Assembly: GCA_963749155.1 (NCBI GenBank)
Contig: CAVVLO010000002.1
Location: 512,001 to 576,000, forward strand
Source of the DNA: an uncultured Armatimonadia bacterium
Lineage (GTDB): Bacteria > Armatimonadota > Zipacnadia > CAVVLO01
Length of the DNA: 64,000 nt
Reading direction: 5' to 3'
In this document: positions 32,157-42,601 of the stretch, piece by piece
How positions within the stretch are numbered: the stretch's first letter is position 1
How the letters are laid out: each line of letters starts with the position of its first letter
Notes under the pieces: model-generated
What the model was told of the DNA's origin: nothing
Seen by the model: the letters and a program-made list of their open reading frames with translations, nothing else
Databases searched by the model: none
Position numbers and translations under genes: made by a program

Positions 32157-34070
32157 TCAGAACGGCCTCATCCCCGGCGGTGGCCCTCCACCTCCGGGAC
32201 CGCCTCTGTTTCCAGATGAGCCTCCAGGCGCGCCTGGAGCGCCACCCATCCCACCACCCGAGCCATTTGCCGAGGCAGGATAAGTAGTTGCAATCTGCTC
32301 GCCTTCGTTCAAGCCACTTGTGATCTCGGAGAACTCTTCGCCTTCCAGCCCAACCTCAACCCGGCGAGGCAGCAGTTGGTCTTCCTGGATTACTGTCACC
32401 ATTGCCCGACCGGCGGTTGTCTTCACGGCTGTAGTCGGCACCACCAGCACATCGGTGCTGGCCGCCACCACGAAGTCGCAAGTCGCGTTCATACCAGGCC
32501 GCAGCGGCACGTTAATATTGCCAGTGTCCAGTTGCACGGTCACGGGAATAGTCGTTACGCTTTGTTCGGTAGTTGCGCCAGGGGCGATTTTGGTCACAAC
32601 CCCGGTGAGTTCGGCGTCGGCATAAGCGTCCAGAGTGACTTTTACCTGCTGCCCAACGGTGATCTGGGCGATGTCAGTCTCATCAATATCGGCCACCGCG
32701 AACATCTTGCTTGTGTCCGCAACATCCATCAGAGTGACGCCACTGCTGCCCCCGACCGAAGAACGCGCTCCAGCCACGACGGTGCCCTGGTCTACGTATT
32801 TGGTGATGACGATACCGTTGCAGGGCGCCATAATGGTCGTATAGCCAAGCTCGGTTTGAGCGTTGGTAACTGAAGCCTCTGACCGTCGCACCGAAGCTGA
32901 AGCTGAAGTGATATCTGCCTGCTTGATAGAGGTCTGATAGGACTCGCCGGAAGTGCGTTTAAGCTCTGCTTCAGCCTGTTTGAGAGAAGCCTCGGCGCTT
33001 GCTATATCCGCATCGGCCAGGGTATCCTGGGCGCGATTCGCCTGAGCAGAAGCCAATTCGGCTTCAGCCTGTTTGACCGAGGCTTCCGCTGCCACAACAT
33101 CCTGCCGGGCCACATCGTCCTTGGTGCGGTTTGCTTCTGCCGCGGCTAGTGAAGCCTTGGCCTGGTCTACCCGGGTCTTGGCGGCTATCAGGCTTTCCTG
33201 AGTCTCATCCTGGATGGTCGCCAGCTTCTTGGTTGCATTTGCAAGCTGAGCCTTCGTGTTGGCGAAACTCTGTTCGGCAACATCCACCTCACTGCGCGGC
33301 ACGAAACCCTTGGAAAAGAGTTCCTTCTGCCGGGCAAGCTGCTTCTCGGCCAGATCATAACTGGCTTTGGCCTGGTCATAAGAGGACTGTGCCGAGGCCA
33401 GTTGCTGGGGTACCAACGCCGAGGACAATTGCTTGTAGTCGGATTCGGCCGAAGCAAGAGAACTGCGGGCTTCCGAGATGCTTGTCGTCGTAAGCTGAGG
33501 TTGCAATTTCGCCTGTTGCTGAGCCTGGGTCAGCTTGGCCTTGGCCGAAGCGATTGCCTGGGTAGCTTTGGTTATGGAAGTCTCCGTCAGCGCCTTTTGC
33601 AGCTTGGCCTGCTCCTTGGCCTGGGCTAGCCGCACTTTGGCTGTCTCAACTGCCTGTTCGGAAGCAGTCAGGCTGGCCGGATGCTGAACCTGCTGTTGAG
33701 CCAGTGATTGCTGGGCCTGCGAGACTTTGGCTCTGGCAGCCTCGAGGTCAGCCTGAGACTGATCGAGCGCGCTTTGGGTGTCGGTTGGATCGATGCGCGC
33801 GATAACCTGGCCTGCTATGACTGAGTCACCTTCATCCACGCCCAGGTAGACCAGTTGTCCGCCTACGTTCGACTTAACTTCAACCGTGCGGAAAGGCTCG
33901 ATAATCGCGACTGCCGAGACAAAGGTCTCCACCGAGCCGCGTTCTACCTTGCTGGTCTCCACGCGCACGACGGGCACCTTGCTACGCCGCACCCAGCCAG
34001 TGATTCCGACGATAATAATGACCAGTAACAGGGCTATAATCAGCCCTTTGCGCTTGCGAATCAGTCCCAC
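32157..34070 (-). CDS. Periplasmic adaptor (MacA/HlyD-like) with very long coiled coil
   Basis: TM anchor; lipoyl halves VEVKS..GG...VDEGDSV and [30 protein letters not shown]. Confidence 0.9.
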   Translation of the reverse strand: MGLIRKRKGLIIALLLVIIIVGITGWVRRSKVPVVRVETSKVERGSVETFVSAVAIIEPFRTVEVKSNVGGQLVYLGVDEGDSVIAGQVIARIDPTDTQSALDQSQADLEAARAKVSQAQQSLAQQQVQHPASLTASEQAVETAKVRLAQAKEQAKLQKALTETSITKATQAIASAKAKLTQAQQQAKLQPQLTTTSISEARSSLASAESDYKQLSSALVPQQLASAQSSYDQAKASYDLAEKQLARQKELFSKGFVPRSEVDVAEQSFANTKAQLANATKKLATIQDETQESLIAAKTRVDQAKASLAAAEANRTKDDVARQDVVAAEASVKQAEAELASAQANRAQDTLADADIASAEASLKQAEAELKRTSGESYQTSIKQADITSASASVRRSEASVTNAQTELGYTTIMAPCNGIVITKYVDQGTVVAGARSSVGGSSGVTLMDVADTSKMFAVADIDETDIAQITVGQQVKVTLDAYADAELTGVVTKIAPGATTEQSVTTIPVTVQLDTGNINVPLRPGMNATCDFVVAASTDVLVVPTTAVKTTAGRAMVTVIQEDQLLPRRVEVGLEGEEFSEITSGLNEGEQIATTYPASANGSGGGMGGAPGAPGGSSGNRGGPGGGGPPPGMRPF

Positions 34071-35441
34071 GAGACCAACCCCTCTCTGCCCAGCACATAA
34101 TGCACTCTGGCCAGGGCGGTTAGATAATCATAATCGGCTTCTACGGCGTTGCTGCGGGCCGTAGTCAATTCTAGTTGCGCGTTTACCAAATCGAGCGGGA
34201 TGCCAAGGCCCTGCGCGTAGCGCGCATCCTGCGCGTCCAGATTGGCCTGGGCGGCCTCGACACTCAAGGCGCTCGCTTTGACGCGCTCTTGCGAGTTTGT
34301 CAAATCCAGCAGCGCCGACCGAAGCTCTGCAGTGATGTCTTTCGTAACTTGTTGCGCGCGCAGGTTGGCCTGGGAGAGCGACGCTTTGGCCTGATTCATA
34401 AGCGGCCTTGTTGGCCTTGCCATCGAATATGTCATACACAACAACCGCGGTGACATCGTAGTTATCGTCGTTGCTTCCACTTAGGGGGTTGTAATAATCT
34501 CCGGTCACATTGAGCTGGGCGCCTTTCTGGATTTTTGCCGTCTTGACCGATTGCTCAGCCGATCCAACACTGGCCTGGGCAGCCACCTGATCTGGACGCC
34601 TGCCAAGGGCTTCGGCAAGAGCTGGCTCGAAGAGCGGCGATTCCAGCAGCGCAGGCCGGGGTACTTCCTGAATGGCGAAGGTCGCCTCAGGGGTTAGGCC
34701 CATCGCCTGCTGCAGGTCTGTCGCTGCCAGAAACACGTCATTGCGGGCAGCCAGGTCACTGACCCGGGCGTTGGCAAGTTGGGCCCTGAGAGGCAGCGCG
34801 TCGACAGGGGCTGCATCGCCGGCCTGGATACGCCCCTCCACCAGCAGCAGTTGCCCTTCGGTATACCCTACCTGGGCTTCGGCCACCTGGGCCAGTTGCT
34901 GGGCTCTGAGCAACGCGAAATAGGAAGTCGTTACCTGGAAGATAGTTGCCTGACGCGTCCGCAGCAAATCTGCATCGGCCGCCTGGAGCGCATACTTGGC
35001 TGATTTGACACTGGCCTCTCGAAGGCCGTTATCCCAAAACAGGTGCGAAAGCGCCACCTGGTGAGAAGCTTTGTCTCGGTCCTGGGCACTGTGCTCGATA
35101 AGCATCCGGCTGCTTTGAACTGAAAGCTGGGGGTAATAGGCGCTCTTCTGGCGTATCTCGTTTGCTTTGGCGGAGGCAAGCGCCTGTTCGCCAATCAGTA
35201 TGTCTACCTGTTCGCCAAGCGCAATAGCGACACAGTCCGAAAGCGAAAGCGCCTCGGGCTGGATCTCGACTGCCTTGGCGAGGGCTGTATTCTGTGCAGG
35301 CTCAGTGGTTGCGTCCTCCTGGGCGTACCCTCCCAAAGCACCCCCAGCAAGATAAACAAGCACCGATAGCATCCAGCACACGGCAAGGCGATGCCTTGCA
35401 AGACCGAGCAGCATCACTCGACCTGTCCTGTGGACTGGCAT
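34061..35441 (-). CDS. TolC-family outer-membrane efflux protein; frameshift near 34395
   Basis: GGAGGAGGGA RBS; LSLSDCVAIAL, YYPQLS, VTTSYFALL, RRPD; C-terminus RYAQGLG..LDLVNAQ in the next frame. Confidence 0.85.
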
Positions 35442-35520
35442 TATGAATCCCTCCTCCCTGGTCAAACCGACGAAAAGACAGTTTACGAGGCTGTCCAAGA
35501 ATCAGAATACCTGCTTGTTC

Positions 35521-35536
35521 TGAAATTGGTATGAAA
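35521..35536. promoter_or_regulatory. Candidate OmpR/PhoB-type direct-repeat box upstream of the exporter operon
   Basis: TGAAA at 35521 and 35532 (11-bp period); the same arrangement occurs at 38527/38538. Confidence 0.5.
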
Positions 35537-35617
35537 AAACCTGTAGTTATGGGATGCATATGGTACAAGATAAAGTGAATAAGGTCACTTGTGGTCTGTC
35601 TGAGAAGGTGAGTTAAA

Positions 35618-36307
35618 TTGAGATTGCTTCTTATTGAAGATGACGAATTGATCCAGGAGGTCGTAAGTCGCGGGCTTGAGGAAGAACAAGGGTATGAGGT
35701 AGATACAGCCGGCGATGGGCCAACTGGGCTTCGGATGGCTCTTGATGAGGATTATGCGCTTATAATCCTCGATTTGATGCTGCCTGGTCTGGATGGACTG
35801 CGTATCTGCGAGGAAATCCGCAACCGGCGCATCTCTACGCCCATCCTGATGCTGACTGCTCGCGATGCCATCGGCGACAGGGTAAAAGGCCTGGAGACGG
35901 GGGCTGACGATTACTTGCCCAAGCCCTTCGACTTCCGCGAATTACGGGCCCGGGTGCATGCCTTGCTGCGTCGAGACAAGACCAACAAGGCTCGAGTGCT
36001 TCATATTGGGCCACTGGTTCTGGATACAGGCAATCACACTGTTATGCTCGGTGAAGAGGAGCTTGTATTGACTCCGCGCGAGTATTCGCTGCTTGAGGCA
36101 CTGTCGCTTAACGAAGGCCGCGTGATGACTCGCGATGCCATTATGTACCGAGTCTGGGGCAATTACGATGCTACGTCCAACACTGTGGATGTCTACATCC
36201 GGATGCTGCGCAAGAAACTGGAAGATGCAGGATTGCCAAAACTGATAAATACTGTCCACGGGCTTGGGTATATGCTTAAGGCTCCAAAACGGGGGGAGGA
36301 CGAGTGA
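35618..36307 (+). CDS. OmpR-family response regulator
   Basis: LLIEDD, LDLMLPGLDG, PILMLTARD, GADDYLPKPF, LTPREY, VDVYIRMLRKK, TVHGLGY; TTG start. Confidence 0.95.
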   Translation: MRLLLIEDDELIQEVVSRGLEEEQGYEVDTAGDGPTGLRMALDEDYALIILDLMLPGLDGLRICEEIRNRRISTPILMLTARDAIGDRVKGLETGADDYLPKPFDFRELRARVHALLRRDKTNKARVLHIGPLVLDTGNHTVMLGEEELVLTPREYSLLEALSLNEGRVMTRDAIMYRVWGNYDATSNTVDVYIRMLRKKLEDAGLPKLINTVHGLGYMLKAPKRGEDE

Positions 36308-37839
36308 GACTCAGCTCTGTGCGCCTCAGGCTGCTTGTCTGGAATATCGTGGTGCTCGCTGTGGTGCTCTCGGGCTTCCTTCTCGCGACGCATTTTGCCG
36401 TGCGCAGCTATCTGCTTGCGGGAGTGGACAGCAGGCTAAAAGTAATGGCTGAGCGCGTAGCAATGGGCGAGATGATGTTCGCGCGGGGGCCTTTTATGGC
36501 GCCGCCTCCGGGGGGCAATGCAGGACCGCCGCCACCGCCCCCTCCCTCTGATGAAGATGCTCCACCTCCTCCGGCAGGTAACGCGGGGCCTCCCCCCGCG
36601 GGTAACGCAGGACCACCGCCAGCGGGTACTGTGGGGCCACCTCCTCCAGGGCCACAACCGCGTTATATGGAAAGCCGGGTCAAGGCCTTTGATACCAAGT
36701 GCCAGCCCCTCGACAGACCCTGGTTCCCCAAAGAGGAGCCCTGGGATATGCCAGCCGCCCAGCAGGCCCTCAAAGGTATCGCCAGCTTCTCACGAGTGGT
36801 AGCTGACGAGATTCCCTTGCGCCTGTATACGATGGGCATCGTTTCTCGAAGTGAAACCATTGGCGTAGTGCAGGTCAGTATGCCCCTCGAAGAACTTGAG
36901 ATGCTTCTTGACAGCTTGACTTTTACCCTGCTGCTGTTGATGCCAGTTGGGCTGTTGCTGGCTGCCGCTGGTGGGCTATTCCTCACAAACCGCGCCCTGA
37001 AGCCTGTCGGCCAGATCGCCGAGGCGGCCGCGCAACTTAAGGCTGAAGACCTTTCTCAGCGCCTGCCTGTCTTTGGCCAGGATGAGTTTGCTCGTCTGGC
37101 CGCCACGATGAATGGGATGCTCGACAGGGTTGAGGAAGCCTTCAGCAGCCTGCAACGCTCCTATGAGCGCGAGCATCGCTTTACTGCAGACGCCTCGCAT
37201 GAGCTGCGCACCCCACTCACTGTCATAAAGGCCAATACCTCCAATGCGCTCAGTCGAAAGCTTGCCTCCGAGGATGACCGCAAGACTCTCGAAGCTATTG
37301 ATCACGCGGCAGATTCGATGCAGCGACTCGTCGAAGACCTGTTGCTGCTGGCGCGCTCGGAGGGCGAACCTTCCGATCTGAACAGGGAAGCAATTGCGCC
37401 TGCCGAGGTATTTGCCTCCGCCTTAAGTGCTGTGGGTGACCTTGAAGAGGGCCCCGAGGTGGAGGTGGTATTGGAATCAAAAGTGCCGGCCATATGGGGA
37501 GCCCCTGACCAGCTCGCGCGGCTTGTCGCCAATCTGATTGAAAACGCCTTGCGTCACACTGCCGCTGAGGGAAAAGTCGTCCTGTCTGCCCGGGCCGCTG
37601 AAGATATGGTCGAGATCACCCTCAGTGACACAGGCGAAGGGATTGCTCCCGAGCATCTGGCCCACCTGGGAGAGCGTTTTTATCGGGTCGAAGGTTCGCG
37701 TTCTCGCCGTCACGGGGGAGCGGGGCTTGGCCTGGCTATTTGCAAGAGCATCGTCGAAGCTCATAGCGGCACTCTCAAGCTGGAAAGCCAGCCCGGAGAA
37801 GGCACTACCGTCACTCTACTGCTTCCGAAAGCCGAGTAA
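36304..37839 (+). CDS. HAMP-domain sensor histidine kinase
   Basis: Two TM helices; HAMP DEFARLA; H-box ASHELRTPL; NLIENALRH, DTGEGI, GLGLAI. GTGA overlap with the regulator. Confidence 0.95.
   Translation: MRLSSVRLRLLVWNIVVLAVVLSGFLLATHFAVRSYLLAGVDSRLKVMAERVAMGEMMFARGPFMAPPPGGNAGPPPPPPPSDEDAPPPPAGNAGPPPAGNAGPPPAGTVGPPPPGPQPRYMESRVKAFDTKCQPLDRPWFPKEEPWDMPAAQQALKGIASFSRVVADEIPLRLYTMGIVSRSETIGVVQVSMPLEELEMLLDSLTFTLLLLMPVGLLLAAAGGLFLTNRALKPVGQIAEAAAQLKAEDLSQRLPVFGQDEFARLAATMNGMLDRVEEAFSSLQRSYEREHRFTADASHELRTPLTVIKANTSNALSRKLASEDDRKTLEAIDHAADSMQRLVEDLLLLARSEGEPSDLNREAIAPAEVFASALSAVGDLEEGPEVEVVLESKVPAIWGAPDQLARLVANLIENALRHTAAEGKVVLSARAAEDMVEITLSDTGEGIAPEHLAHLGERFYRVEGSRSRRHGGAGLGLAICKSIVEAHSGTLKLESQPGEGTTVTLLLPKAE
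36499..36660 (+). repeat. 24-bp degenerate coding repeats (PPPAGNAG) within the kinase sensor domain
   Basis: PPPGGNAG, a poly-Pro/SDEDA spacer, then PPPAGNAG PPPAGNAG PPPAGTVG PPPP. Confidence 0.8.
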
Positions 37840-37848
37840 TACGCGTCA

Positions 37849-37892
37849 TAAAAAGCCGGCAAGCTTCCCGAGGGAGGCCTGCCGGCTTTGTT
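37849..37892. terminator. Bidirectional rho-independent terminator
   Basis: AAAAAGCCGGCA...TGCCGGCTTTGTT inverted repeat between convergent genes. Confidence 0.8.
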
Positions 37893-37914
37893 AGTCTGTT
37901 TGACTGTCTAGAGC

Positions 37915-38428
37915 TCAGTACTGGCCGCCAAAGCCCTGGCCACCCTGACCGCCTTGACCGCCCTGACCACCCTGACCGCCTGGCTGGAAGCCCTGGGGCA
38001 TCTGGAACTGCTGCACGGGCAACTCGACATATCCGATGGGGCTGAGATCGCTGGCCGAATACTTGAGCAGCCTGCCACTCATCGCGACATAGACGCCATC
38101 GGCATCCACTGTGAAGGTAGCTCTGCCCATCATCCGCCCTTGCTGCTGCTCTCCGAGTGCCTGAGTCAGATCAACCTGGGCAATGACCTTGAGGTTGGTG
38201 TCGTACAGTTGCAGTGTCATGCCGGTCAGCACGTAGAGATTGCCGTTTTCGGCCTCCATCGTGGTACCGCCGCCGAACATCCCCATCCATTGCACCCATA
38301 CCGCCCATACTGCGACCACCTGGAAAACCCTGGCCCCCTGGGCCTTGCGCGTACACATACGCCGCGACAACGCTTAGCAAAGCAATAATCAGCAAGGCCA
38401 GCAACACAAACGAAGTCTTCTTGTTCAT
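37915..38428 (-). CDS. Small secreted Gly/Gln-rich protein; frameshift near 38285
   Basis: AGGAGG RBS; signal peptide MNKKTSFVLLALLIIALLSVVAAYVYA; joins the 37915-38370 ORF, which has two beta-rich repeats (NLYVLTG, GVYVAMSG) and a (GGQ)n tail. Confidence 0.65.
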
Positions 38429-38525
38429 AGAGTGCCTCCTGTCCCCTCCCAGGGACTCTCGCTCTTATTCAAGAGCAGCTAGTCGAATGTGAATCGGATC
38501 TTGATTTTCAGGTTACGCGCCATAT

Positions 38526-38544
38526 ATGAAATCCAAATGAAATC
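38526..38544. promoter_or_regulatory. Candidate OmpR/PhoB-type direct-repeat box upstream of the 38428 gene
   Basis: ATGAAATC-CAA-ATGAAATC, a perfect 8-mer repeat at 11-bp period in an AT-rich intergenic region. Confidence 0.55.
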
Positions 38545-38551
38545 GATATCT

Positions 38552-41500
38552 CTAAGGCGCTACCTTGAGAACTGCCGTGCGCCTTTCGCCGAACCAGGCT
38601 CTGCCTTTCGCCATCAGCTCGAACGAGACCATTGTCTCGCCAGTTGCAGCCGATATCAGCACGAATTCCTCCACCTGAGCGTCCTTCAGGAAAGGCGTTG
38701 TGGCTGTGATTGGCGCTGAAAACTCCAGCCCATAGTCAGCCCTGCCCGCCAGATACACACCGCCAGCGCCTTGTCCTTCGGGGGCAAGCCAGGTGGCCTC
38801 GCCGATATTCCCAAGCGATGCCCTGCAATAAACCGGCTGCCCTTCGACGACCTCCAGTGTTGCGCCCTGGGTCACCGGCCTCCACTCGCCTTCGCCGCTT
38901 CTTACCTCTAGCGAGTTGAATTCGCCATTAAGATAAATCGGCGGATTATGCCCGCTATAGGGTTTATTGCCCACGGCGGTTAGCGGGCAACTTGCGGAAT
39001 CCGTGCCCGTCCCAGCCGTCTTGACCTCTGGCCTTTCTCCTGCCTGGACGAGAGCAAGGTATTGTTCTGAATAGACGTCCCAGGCGTCGGGATAGTTCGC
39101 ATCCAAATCCAGCTCGATTGTCGCTGTCGCCGGCTCATGCACTACCGTATCGAACTGGGGGAGATACTCGTGCAGTATCTCGCAGACCGGCCGCTCCAAG
39201 CCGTCGGGCTCCAGCACCCCAAAATCACTGTTCTCCCCGAGCCTGAACCCGCCCGGCAACCACCAGGGGGCAGCACCGCGCGCTCCTGATTCGATAAACA
39301 TCTTGTAGAAAGCCTCGTGTTCGGCTTTCTGGTATGCCAGTTCTTCGGGCTTGAGGTCCACCTGGGTCTGTTTCCAGGCGTCCTGGAAGCCGTTGGCCGT
39401 GTAGCCGAACTCCATCCAGACGACAGGTTTCTCGCCTGAGAAATGGCGGAAATAAAGCGTAATCAAGCCGCCCTTGCGAATCTGCTCTGCGGGAGTTGGC
39501 ACCCCCCAGGCTTTCATCAGGCTGTAGCCTTCAGGATTCATAAAGTCCACGTGCTTGAGCACGCCCACCGAATGCGCGTGGGCGAAGGCCTGCCCCCAGG
39601 GGATACTGCAAGCGCCGAACCTGAAGGAGATGAGATGCCTGGGATCATATTCTGTAAGCGCGTTTACCATCTGCCCATAAGCCTGACTGTACCTATCGCT
39701 CCAGGCCCTGCGGAAAGCCGCTACCATCACATCCCACTCGCCATGACCTCGCACCTGTTCGAGCGTTGGCACGGGCAACCGGCCATCGGCTTCCACTTTG
39801 GGATCGAATCCCCAGTCGGCGATGGCGTTTTCGACAGAGCCGTATCTCTCGATCACCCAGTCGTTCCAGTTGCCCTGGAAGAACGCCAGGCCGCTGGGCA
39901 CCCCCCAGGCGCCCGAGATAGGCTCCCAGGCCAGCTCCCAGGTCATAATCGCCGGATGGTCCTTGAGGCCGGCTTTGGTGATGTAGTCCTTCACCCAGTC
40001 AGGATTTGCATTGGTGAGCGGCCAGGCGTTCGGCATAAAGAAGAAGACCTTCACCCCGTGGCGCTCGCACCGGTCCAGGAAGTCAGTCTGATCTCTATAT
40101 CCATTCGGATCGTCCAGATCAGCGGGTTGAAGAGCGAAGACTCCACTGATCGAATTGATGCCGATAGAGTTCATCCAGGCCAGGTCGCGCTCGATTATTT
40201 CCGGATCATACCCTTCGCGCGAATAGATATTGAGGTTGGGATAACCACCAACCCAACTCGGCCGGTAGTTGATTCCCTTGAAATACCAGGGCTTGCCTTT
40301 ATAGATAAAGTTGTCACCGACCACCTGCACAAAATCTTCGTCCGTTGGCGCGGCCCGGCGCTCCACAACCAGGTCGTGAGTGATGCGATCCGCGACCACC
40401 CCGCCTTCCAGCAGCGTCACTGTCACCTCGTAGTGGCCTGCCTTGTCAGGGGCGGCCTCGCGCCAGGAGGCAGAGGCTCTCTGGCCAGCCGGCAAGGTGA
40501 CATAGGTGGTCTCGCGCTTGGCTTCTGGCCCGAAGGCGCCGGTGGTTGTGTAGTCGAGAACGAAGGCAAGCTGTTTTGACTGCTTGCTCGCGTTGAGCGC
40601 AGTGGCGCCAAAAGTCAGTTCTTCACTTGGCTTTGCCGAGAAGAACTCCGCGCCGCCTTCCACGAGGAAGCTGCTCCCCGCCATCGCCTTCGCCGTGGAA
40701 AGCACCGCCTGCCTCAAGCCCAGTATTCGCGAAAGCGGCTTGCGGATCAGCCACGCCCAGATTCGCCCAATGGCGTTAGGGCTGGTCGCATCGCCAATCA
40801 TCAGCGAAAGTAGCGCTCCCCTGTGGAAGCCCTCCGAATCGCGCGCTTCGAGTAGCGGCACCCAGCGCCAGGACCGCTGCCGGTCAACGCCACGACCGCG
40901 CTCGCGCCATACCGGCGAGTAGGCTTTCTCCTGCCAGGCTACCTGGGAATCAGCGCGGAGTATCGCCTGCTCTGTGGCCGCGACAAAATTCTGGGGTGTC
41001 TTCAGTGCGAACAATTTGTACGAGGGGCACAGGATCTCAATCTCGGGCAGCGTGAAATCCAGATTTCTGCCTCCAGGATCTACGGCTGTCCCGACTTGCT
41101 TTAGCCAGATGCGATGCTGGCCAGGCTCGACTTTCTTGGTGTGACTGGTCGCAAGCCCGAAGGTGATGTCCTGCATATTCTCTGGACGGAAATGATCGCC
41201 CGCCTTGCCGCGCGCCGCGTTGGAATCCATCCAGTAGGGGAAGTCCTGCGGCCTCAAAGCATAGAAACGCCAGTCGGTGCCAAGCTCTACGGTGGCAATC
41301 CAGCGCGAGCCGTCTATCTCCTTACACTCAATCAGCATCTGACTGGTCGTCGCATCACCCTTTGCCCAGAAGGTAAGGAGACTTTTATCCTGGCCAAAGG
41401 AGCCGGTGATGTTGGCGAGGAACCCGTCCCAGGTGCTCTCGAAGCCCTGATACCCCGTATAGTCGAAGCTCAGCTCCCAGGCGTCCTCTCCCTCCGCAGG

Positions 41501-42601
41501 CGCCGGCTGGATGGTAGATTGCTGCTCCATAAACCGGGCTTGCCGGTGCCAGGAGTCCTGCTTCAAACTGACCGCTACTGGCTTCACATCGCCGAGTACC
41601 GCTTCGCCCAGCCTGTCAGGCCCAACCCATCCCTGCGAGGTCTGAGTTAGCAATTCCGTAAAGGCTGGTGCGCCGATTGCCAGCACCTTGCCTGCGCTTC
41701 TTAGTGCCCGTTTGACTGCGTCTCTGGCCTGGATTGGCGTTCTGCGCGCATCGGCCAGCACCAACAGGTCAATTTTGGACAGTGGCAGTGGCCCTTCCAT
41801 AAGTGAGGCCCAGGAGAGGCTCATCACCCCGAAGCCTTCGCGTTCGAGGGCGGGCTTCCACTGGGCGGCCAGCGTGCCCGCTTCATTGTCGATAATCGCC
41901 ACGGTGCCCGCGCGACCAGTTGGCACCTGCCAGTGGGAAGCCTCCTCCGGCAAAAGGCCTTCGATGCTGAAAGCGTCCACAGTACCCTCCAGTCCCGCCA
42001 CCATCAGGCCAGGCCGGCCTTGCTTGAGAGCGCGCTTTTCTCTCAACTGGTACACGCGTTGCCAATAGCCGCCTGTCTTTGGATCAGTTATGGTGCCAGT
42101 GATAGCCTCGGCGGATAACTCAATCGAAAGCTCGTAAGGGGTGTTCTCTTCCCAGGTGAAGGTGTCGCCTTTGTCCTCTCCCGCAAGCTGAGTCGAGGGC
42201 GAATTGGTCGCCAGTTGGGCCTGATGCACCCCATCGAGGCGTTCCAGCAGTTCGAAATACCGCTGCCCATCAGGGCCACTCACCAGCACAAGCTGCCACC
42301 AGTTGTTGGCGTCGAGATACAGAGTCAGTCCAGCATAGACATAGGTGCCCTTGAGCCGTTTTGTGATAGTCAGAGTTGTTTTGGCCGTAGCCTGCTCCAG
42401 GTCATCCATCCCAGGCAGCAGCATGGCGGGATCTACAGTAGAGAAGCGCATCGCACCCGCTTCGTGCGTCCAGCACCTGGGTCCAAGTCGCTCGTAGGGT
42501 TTCGACCCGGTGAAATCGTCACGCCACAGCTCAGCGGAAAACGCCAGATTTGCGGCTAGCAGCAACGCGACAAGCCAGGCGCCCAGCAGTAGTTTCTTCA
42601 T
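38552..42601 (-). CDS. Large secreted glycoside hydrolase: lectin-like, trimerisation-like and CBM11-like domains plus a clan GH-A (GH5/GH42-like) TIM barrel
   Basis: Signal peptide; LTFWAKGD (CBM-like); FKGINYRP, IERDLAWM, WELAWEP (acid/base position), KPVVWMEFG (nucleophile), WWLPGG, ENSDFG. Confidence 0.7.
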   Translation of the reverse strand: MKKLLLGAWLVALLLAANLAFSAELWRDDFTGSKPYERLGPRCWTHEAGAMRFSTVDPAMLLPGMDDLEQATAKTTLTITKRLKGTYVYAGLTLYLDANNWWQLVLVSGPDGQRYFELLERLDGVHQAQLATNSPSTQLAGEDKGDTFTWEENTPYELSIELSAEAITGTITDPKTGGYWQRVYQLREKRALKQGRPGLMVAGLEGTVDAFSIEGLLPEEASHWQVPTGRAGTVAIIDNEAGTLAAQWKPALEREGFGVMSLSWASLMEGPLPLSKIDLLVLADARRTPIQARDAVKRALRSAGKVLAIGAPAFTELLTQTSQGWVGPDRLGEAVLGDVKPVAVSLKQDSWHRQARFMEQQSTIQPAPAEGEDAWELSFDYTGYQGFESTWDGFLANITGSFGQDKSLLTFWAKGDATTSQMLIECKEIDGSRWIATVELGTDWRFYALRPQDFPYWMDSNAARGKAGDHFRPENMQDITFGLATSHTKKVEPGQHRIWLKQVGTAVDPGGRNLDFTLPEIEILCPSYKLFALKTPQNFVAATEQAILRADSQVAWQEKAYSPVWRERGRGVDRQRSWRWVPLLEARDSEGFHRGALLSLMIGDATSPNAIGRIWAWLIRKPLSRILGLRQAVLSTAKAMAGSSFLVEGGAEFFSAKPSEELTFGATALNASKQSKQLAFVLDYTTTGAFGPEAKRETTYVTLPAGQRASASWREAAPDKAGHYEVTVTLLEGGVVADRITHDLVVERRAAPTDEDFVQVVGDNFIYKGKPWYFKGINYRPSWVGGYPNLNIYSREGYDPEIIERDLAWMNSIGINSISGVFALQPADLDDPNGYRDQTDFLDRCERHGVKVFFFMPNAWPLTNANPDWVKDYITKAGLKDHPAIMTWELAWEPISGAWGVPSGLAFFQGNWNDWVIERYGSVENAIADWGFDPKVEADGRLPVPTLEQVRGHGEWDVMVAAFRRAWSDRYSQAYGQMVNALTEYDPRHLISFRFGACSIPWGQAFAHAHSVGVLKHVDFMNPEGYSLMKAWGVPTPAEQIRKGGLITLYFRHFSGEKPVVWMEFGYTANGFQDAWKQTQVDLKPEELAYQKAEHEAFYKMFIESGARGAAPWWLPGGFRLGENSDFGVLEPDGLERPVCEILHEYLPQFDTVVHEPATATIELDLDANYPDAWDVYSEQYLALVQAGERPEVKTAGTGTDSASCPLTAVGNKPYSGHNPPIYLNGEFNSLEVRSGEGEWRPVTQGATLEVVEGQPVYCRASLGNIGEATWLAPEGQGAGGVYLAGRADYGLEFSAPITATTPFLKDAQVEEFVLISAATGETMVSFELMAKGRAWFGERRTAVLKVAP

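Noticed and set aside
37930..37985. 9-bp tandem repeats
   Set aside because: They encode the (GGQ)n tail of the small secreted protein and are not an independent element.
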